A stretch of DNA of 64,000 nucleotides from Octopus vulgaris (taxonomy: Eukaryota), in NCBI GenBank assembly GCA_951406725.2, contig OX597816.1:176328001-176392000 (forward strand). Direction: 5' to 3'. This document shows, one piece after another, positions 25,888-35,632 of this stretch. The position numbers were made by a program, and so were the translations under genes. The notes below the pieces were generated by a model that made no database searches, had not been told where the DNA came from, and saw nothing but the letters and a program-made list of their open reading frames with translations. Position 1 is the first letter of the stretch. Each line of letters begins with the position of its first letter.

Positions 25888-26075
25888 CATCATCATCATC
25901 ATTTAATATCTGTTGTCCATGCTGGCATGGGTTTGATCAGGGCTGGCAAGCTGGAAGGCTGTACCAAACTCTAGTCTGATGTGGCATGGTTACTATGGCT
26001 GGATGCCCTTCCTAATACCAATAACTTCAAGAGTGTAATGGGTGCTTTTATGTGCACTGGCACTGGTACCATTTG
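25888..26075 (-). mobile_element. RTE 3'-tail fragment with (GAT)n tail, 28 nt downstream of the exon 3 donor
   Basis: Reverse complement of ...ttaggaagggcatccagc...cccatgccagcatgga...gatgatgatg. Confidence 0.8.
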
Positions 26076-26109
26076 CAAGATATTTATTTCTTTGTTTTTC
26101 TCTCTCCAT

Positions 26110-28435
26110 TATCATCATCATCATCATTTAACATCTGTTGTCCATGCTGGCATGGGTTAGATGGTTTCACCAGGGCTGGCAAGCTGGAAGACTGTACCAT
26201 ACTGTAGTCTGATTTGGCATGGTTTCTATGGCTGGATGCCCTTCCTAATGCTAACCACTCTGAAAGTGTAATGAGTGCTGCTTTTATGTGCCACCACCAT
26301 GAGTGCCATTTGCATGACACCAGTATCTGCCATGACTACAATTTCACTTGGCTTGATGGGTCTTCTCAAGCACAGCATAGTGCCAAAGGTCTTGGCCATT
26401 TGTCATTGCCTCCAAAGGCCCAACACTTGAAAGGTACTTTTCATGTGCCACCAGCACCTGGTATCTTGCCTCCATGAGGCCCAGTGCTCAAAGGGTGTTT
26501 ATGTGCCACCAGCATAGGTGCCAATTAGGTGACACCAGCATCAGCCACGACTATGATTTCACTTGGCTTGGTGGCTCTTCTCAAGCACGGCATATTGCCT
26601 CTGTGAGGCCCAAAGTTCAAATATCATACTTCATCACCTTGTCCCATGTCTTCCTTGGTCTACCTCTACTACAGGTTCTTTCCACAGTTAAAAATAGGTA
26701 CTTCTTTACGCGGTTGTCCTCGTCCATACAAAGCACATTGCAATCATCTCTCTTACACACCACATCTGATGCCTCTTATGCTCAGCTTATCTCTCAAGAT
26801 GCTTATACTCTGTTGTACAAGCACACTGACATTGCACATCTAGCGAAGCATATTGGCTTCATTTCTTTCAAGCCTATGCACGTCCTCCGTGGTTGCAGCC
26901 CATGCTTCACTGCCATGTAGAATAGCTGTTTGCATACAGGCATCATACAGTTTGTGTTGTGAAACTGAGGGAGAGGCCCTTTGTTGCCAGTAGAAGTAGG
27001 AGCTTTCTGAACTTTACCCAGCCTATTCTTATTCTAGCAGCTACGCTCTCAGAGCATCCATCTCCACTACTAACTTGATCACCTAGATAACAGAAGCTAT
27101 CTACTTCCTTTAACTTACCCCACTGGCAGTTGATGGAGTCTATTTTCTCTATATTTTTAGTGTTTATTGTACCTGTACACCTTCCATGCACAAACACTAT
27201 TTTCCCAGTTAACCTTCCTCTGATATTGCTGCACCTCTTATGTGTTCATAGCTTGCACCAGGTACATCTTATGGAGTTTCTATCAATGCCTTTTCTACAC
27301 ATTGAGCAGGGTCATTTGTGATTTGTCTGCTCTCCTACTTACTAATACTTAGATTAAATCTAAGGCCCTTTGATTCCAGACCTTGCTTTCATGCCTGAAA
27401 TTTTTTCTCTAGTTCAGGTGGTGATTTGGCTATAAGAAGAAGGTCATTGGCATAGAGAAGCTCCCAGGGGCAGCTCATCTTAAATTCCTCTGTTATTTCC
27501 TGGAGGACTATGATGAACATGATGGGGCTGAGGAGTGATCCTTGGTGAACCCTTACTTGTATCTTGAATTCCTTGCTATACTTGTTGCCAACCTTCACCT
27601 TACTGACAACATCTCTGTACGTGGCTTGTACAGCTTTCACCAGCCACTCATCTATCCCTAACTTCTGCATTAATCACCAGATAAGAAGTGGCGGATTCTG
27701 TCAAAGGCTTTTTCCATGTCAACAAAAGCCAGGTACAGGGGTTTATTTTTGGTTAGATATTTCTCTTGCAGTTGCCTAACTAAGAATATAGCATTAGTCG
27801 TGCTCCTGTGTGGCACCAATCTGAACTGCAACTCCCCTATACTAATACTCTACCTAATTAATTGAGCTGTGACCCTCTCCATGACTTTCATCACCTGGAC
27901 CAGCAGTTTGATACCTCTGTAATTATTCCTGTCTAAGGCATCAGCTTTGCCTTTGTAGCAGTTGATTATGATGCTTCTACACCAATCATTGTGAAGGCAT
28001 ATGGCCTAGTGGTTAGAGCAGCAGACTCGCGGTCAAGGGATTGCAGGTTCGAATCTCAGACCAGGCGATGTGTGTGTTTATGAGTGAAACACCTAAGCTC
28101 CACACAGCTCTGGCAGAAGGTAATGGTGAACTTCTGCTGACTCTTTCGCCACAACTTTCTCTCACTCTTTCCTCCTGCATCTGTCAGCTCACCTGCGATG
28201 GACCGGCTTCCCGTCGAGGTGGGGAACCTATACGCCAAGGAAACCGGCCTTATAAGCCAGGCGTGGCTCGAGAAGGAACAAACAACACCAACAAAACACC
28301 AATCATTGGTATGACTCCCTCGTGGACAGCCTGATTATACAGGTGACCTGGCTATATCCTGCTCCACCAGATATTTTAAACATTTCAGCAGAAATACTTG
28401 ATTTCCCCTGGGGCCTTTCCTGTCTTCATGTCTTT
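26110..28435 (-). mobile_element. 5'-truncated RTE-clade LINE (RT, PHD-like module, 3' UTR, (GAT)n tail), inactive
   Basis: VHQGSLLSP..FIIV and WELLYAND (ORF 27389-27670), EVDSFCYLG (ORF 26943-27197); homologous to 45850-48952. Confidence 0.9.
27992..28295 (+). mobile_element. SINE with a family B-like head and V-domain-like body (body 4), nested in the RTE
   Basis: 13-bp TSD acaccaatcattg at 27979-27991 and 28296-28308; internal cctgcgatggaccggcttcccgtc resembles the V-SINE core (from memory). Confidence 0.85.
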
Positions 28436-29120
28436 ATTTTCCTATTTTAGTTGGTGCCAATCTCTCATCCATTGTCTGTTTGTATGTGTATTTGCATTGT
28501 TAATTTCTGCAAGTTATTTTTTATGCCTGTATTGTGAAGATAAAGCTGTAAAGCTTTAAGATAAGGTTTCCCATAGCTACATCTTGGATGAATGATGGCT
28601 AATATGGCTGTTACTGTGAGTTTTTGTTGTTTATTTTCTATCTTACTCCTTCTAATGATTCTTACAAACCGTATCTTCTTTTCTCTCCCTACCTGAGCAG
28701 TTTTTTGCACCTGTTATTTCAATTTCATTTTTCCAAGATTAAGCAGAAGCAGTATAATTCCTGGGGTACTTGATATTAAATATACTGTGAAATTTATTAA
28801 GCTTCAATCTTGTACTCTGGTTTGTGTTAATTGCTTACAAACCTTGATGAGTCTATTTTAAACAAAGCTATTCAAAATGAATTCTTTTTCCCCCTATTTA
28901 TTTTTATTTTGTAAAAGGAATTCCTAGAAAAGAAAAAGATTAGTTGAACTCTCTTTGATGCACAATCTGCAAAAATTAATTACAAAAACCAAACTCCTCT
29001 GAATTTTCAAATGTCAAATGAAATATTCAATAAAAAATCAGTTATAATTGTTATTTCAGCTTCTTTTGAAATATAAGGTTTCAGTTTTCAAAAAAAGTCA
29101 TCTCTCCTCATGTCAGTGTA

Positions 29121-30287
29121 TGAGAGTGAGCTGAAAAGTTTATTGGCTGACTATGAAGGAGTGACGTTAGGGCTGTGAAATCTTCCATACATTAATTTCC
29201 ATGTAAACTGACATCTGACTGTTTAAAAAAGTCAAAAGTAATAGTAGTAACTTCTCTAGAAAATGGTCGACTTTTGTTTCATGGTGTTATCAAGTCCCTG
29301 CAAAGGACATTTGTGCTGTCATGGCTGCTACATTAGGGGTGATGCTCCAGCTTTATCAACATTTCAAAAGTGGGCTGCTGAATTTAGGAGGAGAACAGAT
29401 AGTCTTGAAGATGACCCCAGGTCTGGATATTCTGCAACTGCCACAACCAAGGAAAACATTGATCCTGTTCCTCACACAGTAATGAATGATAGGCAATTGA
29501 CTATAAATCAAATAACCAATGCCATTAGCATATCCTGTGAGAGAGAGTTGAGAGTACTCTGGGCAATGAACTTGATATGACAAAGTTTCTGCTCCATGGG
29601 TGCTACATCTTCTGACAACTGATCAAAAGCTCACCAGGCTGATCACATCACATGAAAATCTGACATTGTTTGAAGCAGGTCCAACTGGTTTCCTTAAACA
29701 TTTCCTAACTAAGGCATCATAAGTTTCAGCCAGAGATAAAGAGATAATCCATGCAGTGGAAACACCCCTCCTCATCTGCTGAGAAGGCTATGGCCTCAGT
29801 ATTTTATAATGCAAAAGGTATTGTGATTATTGACTATCTTCAAAAGGGCCTCACCATCAATGAAGAATACTATTCCAATTCCATGAGACAGTTACAAAAG
29901 GCTATCAAGACCAAATGCCCAGGAACACTGACAAAAGGAGTTTTGTTCCATCAGGACAATGCTCCAGTGCTCAAGTTCATGGTTTCAATGGCTTTGAACT
30001 AGTTGATCACCCTCTCTGTCCTTTTAATTTGGCCCCATCTGGTTATCACCTGTTCCATAACATGTAAAAACATTTGGCTGGAAACCAGTATTGCAATGAT
30101 GACATGCTATTGATGACTTTTTTGACTAACAGAATGAAAGCTTCTTTAGCAATGGGATCCAAACATTGTGACACTGATGGAAGAAGTGTGCTGACCACAA
30201 GGGTAACTATGTTGAAAAATAAACCTCATTTTGTCACTTTCTATGAGAATATGTTGGTCAGCCTTTGAACTTGTCAGCTGACCCTCA
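29121..30287 (+). mobile_element. Full-length but decayed mariner transposon
   Basis: TA|tgagagtgagctgaaaagttta..ggctgac ... gtcagcc..tgaacttgtcagctgaccctca|TA; remnants of WVPHLL (WVLHLL), FHQDNAP and LAPS.YHLF. Confidence 0.9.
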
Positions 30288-30699
30288 TAGTTATATAAGA
30301 CAAAGTTATGTTTCTTTAGTTCATGACAATATGGTTTTTGCAGCCCAGCACTGTAAACACCTGACCATAGTGCCTCATTAAGTCCAGTACAAAATTTCAC
30401 TTAGACTTTGGATGAAAAGTTTTATTTTTTCTACCTATTTCTTCTTTATGACACCACTGAACTTCTAGAAATGTTCTAATGCCTTATTTTATAAAGCTGG
30501 AGGTTTGTGCTGTTAACAAGTTAGAAACATGGGAAGTATTTCAATTTTACAGCATTAATAATTTCTGGTAATTTCAGTTATAATTGCAAATTGTTATTAA
30601 ACTACCACATTATCAACATATCTTTTATTGATACAAGTGTACAAGTATCATAGAATAGTGATGGCTTCCTGAGAAGCAGGGTTTATAATTTGTTTTCAG

Positions 30700-30916
30700 A
30701 TGGCCGATGCCGGACCCCCCTGGCACCTGTGCAGGTGGCACGTAAAAAGCACCCATTACACTCTCGGAGTGGTTGGCGTTAGGAAGGGCATCCAGCTGTA
30801 GAAACTCTGCCAGATCAGACTGGAGCCTGGTGCAGCCCCTGGCTTCCCAGACCCCGGTCGAACCGTCCAACCCATGCTAGCGCGGAAAACGGACATTAAA
30901 CGATGATGATGATGAT
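30700..30916 (+). mobile_element. RTE 3'-tail fragment
   Basis: Matches the 3' UTR end of the RTE at 48780-48952; (GAT)n tail. Confidence 0.85.
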
Positions 30917-31147
30917 ATTGACTGGAATTATCACATTTCACTTTTGCCTTTTACCACAGTTGCTTTGTTGAATTGCTCTCTTTATCATATTTGAAGATCA
31001 AGTAAGATTTCGGTGATGGCTTATTAGCTGATTTCATATAGATGTTGCAATTCATACTTAATCTCAATCTCACAAGAGAGGTTTTTGGTTTTGCTATAGT
31101 TTACTGATTGTATGTGCTTTTAAATGGTGTTTATTCTTTTTGCTTAG

Positions 31148-31236
31148 GTATGCATTCAGTTCAATGATGAACATGAAGCTTCTCGAAGTAAATTGGTTGA
31201 AAACCTGAAAACTGCATTGAGAACCCAGCCAATGAG
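31148..31236 (+). CDS. DAAM: DAAM-like formin, exon 4 (VCIQFNDEHEASRSKLVENLKTALRTQPM-S)
   Basis: Acceptor ttttgcttag ends at 31147; donor GTGAGC at 31237; 89 nt, phase 0/2. Contains the conserved LKTALRT.PM motif. An alternative in-frame acceptor CAG lies at 31157-31159. Confidence 0.9.
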
Positions 31237-31267
31237 GTGAGCTCATTTTTCCTCCTCTATTATATAT

Positions 31268-31403
31268 ACTTTTTTACTCTTTTACTTGTTTCAGTCAGTA
31301 CTTATTCTATCAGTCTCTTTTGCCGAACCGCTAAGTGACAGGGACGTAAACACACCAGGATCGGTTGTCAAGCAATGCTAGGGGAAGAAACACAGACACA
31401 CAC

Positions 31404-31434
<31 letters not shown>

Positions 31435-31598
31435 CGACAGGCTTCTTTCAGTTTCCGTCTACCAAATCCACTCACAAGGCTTTGGTTGGCCCGAGGCTAT
31501 AGTAGAAGACACTTGCCCAAGATGCCACGCAGTGGGACTGAACCCGGAACCATGTGGTTGATAAGCAAGCTACTTACCACACAGCCACTCCTGCGCCT
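31268..31598 (-). mobile_element. SINE family A copy (internal deletion), ~30 nt downstream of the exon 4 donor
   Basis: Matches the family sequence. Confidence 0.88.
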
Positions 31599-31624
31599 AT
31601 ATATATATATATATTTTTTTTTTT

Positions 31625-32222
31625 CCGACCAGTCCATCAGATGTAGTTACACATCGCTGGTCACAATGCGTTTGCATTGTTTTAGCCTTCGAATGACGCC
31701 ACCCCGCTGGCTAAGCGAGCAGGCCAACAGAAGAAAGAGTGGTGAAAGAGTACAGCAGGGATCACCACCCCCTGCCGGAGCCTCATGGAACTTTTAGGTG
31801 TTTTCGCTCAATAAACACTCACAACGCCGGGTCTAGGAATCGAAACCGCGATCCTACGACCGCGAGTCCGCTGCCCTAACCACTAGGCCATTGCGCCTCC
31901 ACCTATTATATATATATTTTTATTTTTTTCCGACCAGTCCATCAGATGTTGTTACACATCGCTGGTCACAATGCGTTTGCATTGTTTTAGCCTTTGAATG
32001 ACGCCACCCCGCTGGCTAAGCGAGCAGGCCAACAGAAGAAAGAGTGAAAGAAAGAGTAGTGAAAGAGTACAGCAGGGATCACCACCATCCCCTGCCGGAG
32101 CCTCGTGGAGCTTTTAGGTGTTTTCGCTCAATAAACACTCACAACGCCCGATCTGGGAATCGAAACCGCGATCCTACGACCACGAGTCTGCTGCCCTAAC
32201 CACTAGGCCATTGCGCCTCCAC
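31625..32222 (-). mobile_element. Two tandem SINE family B body 2 copies (about 31625-31902 and 31930-32222)
   Basis: Family B head plus the body ccgaccagtccatcagatg...gcgagcaggccaacagaag (+ strand reading); separated and flanked by cctattatatatatatttt-like sequence. Confidence 0.88.
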
Positions 32223-32545
32223 CTATTATATATATATTTTTGTTTAATTTTGAAGCAGAATACTAAGGTGTAACACTACAAAATAATATTGTTTTCTACT
32301 CTATGCACAGGAGCTGAAATTTAGTGGGAGGGTCTTGATAATTGCATTGAACCCAATGCTCAACTGTACATCTTTTATCAACCATGAAAGGATGAAAGGC
32401 AAAATAATATTGTCTCAAAACATGGGAATAAGTAAAAATATGATGCTTTCGTTTTTTGTGCTGCTGTAGCTGACTTGTTTCTTTTGAATAATTTGTGGTA
32501 TCATGTTCAGTTGGGAAGTTTTTGCTGATTTGTGTTAGAAAGCTA

Positions 32546-32955
32546 TGGAGTGGCTGTGTGATAAGTAGCTTGTCTACCAACCACATGGTTCCGGGTTCAG
32601 TCCCACTGCGTGGCACCCTGGGCAAGTGTCTTCTACTATAGCCTCGGGCCGACAAAAGCCTTGTGAGTGGATTTGGTAGACGGAAACTGAAAGAAGCCCA
32701 TCGTATATATGTATATATATATATATATATATGCGTGTGTGTGTTTGTGTGTCTGTGTTTGTCCCCTAGCATTGCTTGATAACCGATGCTGGTGTGTTTA
32801 TGTCCCCGTTACTTAGCGGTTCGGCAAAAGAGACCAATAGAATAAGTACTGGGCTTACAAAAGAATAAGTCCCGGGGTCGAATTGTCGATTAAAAGGCGG
32901 TGCTCCAGCATGGCCACAGTCAAATGACTGAAACAAGTAAAAGAGAAAAAGAGTA
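32546..32955 (+). mobile_element. SINE family A copy
   Basis: Matches the family sequence. Confidence 0.9.
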
Positions 32956-33219
32956 TTACATTTGTTGCTACAGTTAGGTTGAAGTGTGGGTTGCACAGAT
33001 CATGTTTCTTTTACTGAGTTTCTTTTATTTTGTGTTTGTTTTGCTTCTATTTACTGCAGCCCTTCATTAAATCCACTTCATAACTTTATTATAGTGTGTT
33101 GCTGTTTGGTTGAAGATTTCTTTATCATACAAAACTTTCAAAACTCTGTTGCTAATTTGCTATTTGATTAAGGATGATAGGTGGTTTAAATTTATGTTTA
33201 TGCATTATTACTCTTCTGT

Positions 33220-33593
33220 TGAGGCAAATGAGGATCAGAATCGAAATCGATCAATGGAAATTGCAGCTGATTTACCAGTGCCGGTGGCAAGTAAGAGAAC
33301 CTTCCGTTTCGCGACCGTTGCCAGCACCGCCCCGACTGGCCTCGTGCCAGTGGCACATAAAAAACACCATCCGAGCGTGGCCGTTCGCCAACCTCTTCTG
33401 GCACCTGTGTGGGTGGCACGTAAAAAGCACCCACTACACTCGCGGAGTGGTTGGCGTTAGGAAGGGCATCCAGCCGTAGAAACACTGCCAGATCAGACTG
33501 GGCCTGATGCAGCCTTCTGGCTTCACAGACCCCAGTTGAACCGTCCAACCCATGCTAGCATGGAAAACGGACGCTAAATGATGATGATGATGA
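33220..33593 (+). mobile_element. RTE 3'-tail fragment (longer UTR piece)
   Basis: Repeated ggtggcacgtaaaaagcacc-like units and a (GAT)n tail. Confidence 0.85.
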
Positions 33594-33673
33594 AGGATAA
33601 TGCTTTCTGGTTGTTAGGTTGCAACACGTCAAAGTAGTTTCACTGATATTGCAAATATATACTGTTTTTAATG

Positions 33674-33883
33674 CAGTAATCCCTCAACTATCATAGGTGT
33701 TATGTTCCAAAATCTCATGCAATAGGTGAAAATTCACGAATTAGAAACAGTACTGTACTGTATTTATTTTTTTGTGTAATTTGTATATATTTTATTATAA
33801 ATGCAAAACAACACCACAGGAATCAACGTAAGCTTAAATAATAAATTGCAATAGGTGAACTATGATATGGGTAGGGATTATTA
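33674..33883. mobile_element. Tigger/pogo-like MITE
   Basis: Imperfect TIRs cagtaatccctcaactatcata ... tatgatatgggtagggattatta. Confidence 0.55.
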
Positions 33884-34043
33884 TAGAGCAAGTCTATGAA
33901 GAAATTATCACATGGATGAAAATCCACAACATTATGCCTCTCAGTGGTGTATATAGATTAAGTATGATACATAGGTGGCTATTTTAATTTAATGCTGTTT
34001 CAATTGCATACACTGAGTTCTTATTAAGCCTATATTTATTTGT

Positions 34044-34350
34044 GTGGAGGCGCAATGGCCCAGTGGTTAGGGCAGCGGACTCACGGTCGTAGGATCGTGG
34101 TTTTGATACCCAGACTGGGTGTTGTGAGTGTTTATTGAGCGAAAACACCTAAAGCTCCACGAGGCTCCGGCAGGGGGTGGTAGCAATCCCTGCTGTACTC
34201 TTTCGCCGCAACTTTCTCTCACTCTTCTGTTGGCCTGCTCGTTTACCCAGCGGGATGCCATCATTTGGAGGTTAAAACAATGCGAACCGCATTGTGACCA
34301 GCGATGTGTAGCAACATCTGATAGCCTGGTCAGTCACGTGATCACGTGAC
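34044..34350 (+). mobile_element. SINE family B body 2 copy
   Basis: Family B head plus the reverse complement of the body at 31625-31740. Confidence 0.85.
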
Positions 34351-34691
34351 CTGATATTTATCTGCAATATTACTGAATGTATTATTTACTTTTTTCCATG
34401 TATCAGAGGACAGAAATTTTTTGGTATGTGACTAGCCAGTACATGTAATAGATAAGGCTGAAATCCATCTAGCATTCTTATGAATCACAGCCAGAGTGAT
34501 TTTTTAAAAAAAATCTTACTCCAATATATATTGTATTTTTAACACATGTCTATGAAGCGATTTTTTTTTCTCAGATGAAAATCCATAGCATCATACCTCT
34601 TAATGGTGTATTTACATTAGATATGACATATAAATGGTTATTTTAATTTAATGCTGTTTTAATTCCACATATGAAGTTTTATTCAGCCTGA

Positions 34692-34990
34692 TGGCACGTA
34701 AAATCACCATCCGTTCGTGTCCGTTGCCAGCCTCGCCTGGCCCCCGTGCCGGTGGCACGTAAAAGCACCATTCGTTCGTGGCCGTTTGCCAGCTCCGTCT
34801 GGCACCTGTGCGGGTGGCACATAAAAAGCACCCACTACACTCACGGAGTGGTTGGCGTTAGGAAGGGCATCCAACCATAGAAACACTGCCAGATCTGACT
34901 GGGCCTGATGCAGCCTTCCGGCTTCACAGACCCCAGTTGAACTGTCCAACCCATGCTAGCATGGAAAACGGACGCTAAATGATGATGATG
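34692..34990 (+). mobile_element. RTE 3'-tail fragment
   Basis: Same family as 33220-33593. Confidence 0.85.
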
Positions 34991-35398
34991 GCTATTTGCA
35001 GTATCAAACGACCTCCATACCATTTGAAGGTAACATTTTTGTGTTTTAAAGCTAAGGCAAGTAACTCTAAATGATGATGATGATGTGATAGCGTTGACAT
35101 TTCACTGTTACCATGGGAATCAACATTATTTCTTAAAGTATAAATTTGAAAGCTGAGTCAAAGGAGAGGAGTTACAACCAGATGAAATCTCCAGGTGCTT
35201 TAAATGCACAAGTCTCTGATATCCAAGTGGCTAAAAAGCATCAGCAGAAGGGCATCCAGGAATCATGACCTGGATGCAGCTTGGTCCTTTCACTTGAGTT
35301 GGGAAATACTTGCTTGAGGCAGGAAGGGGGTTCTTTTATGAAAACTTTCTGCTTTTCAGCTCCCTTGAGAGATTTTTACCACTATATCATTATCATCA

Positions 35399-35632
35399 CA
35401 AGGCGGCAAGCTGGCAGAAACGTTAGCATGCCGGGCGAAATGCTTAGCGGTATTTCGTCTGTCGTTACGTTCTGAGTTCAAATTCCGCCGAGGTCGACTT
35501 TGCCTTTCATCCTTTCGGGGTCGATAAATTAAGTACCAGTTATGCACTGGGGTCGATGTAAACGACTTGATCCCTTTGTCTGTCCGTGTTTGTCCCCTCT
35601 ATGTTTAGCCCCTTGTGGGCAGTAAAGAAATA
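35399..35632 (+). mobile_element. tRNA-derived SINE family D (Meta-domain-like), intact
   Basis: 16-bp TSD tatatcattatcatca at 35383-35398 and 35633-35648; core gtcgactttgcctttcatcctttcggggtcgataaattaagtaccag resembles the Meta/MESC SINE domain. Confidence 0.88.
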
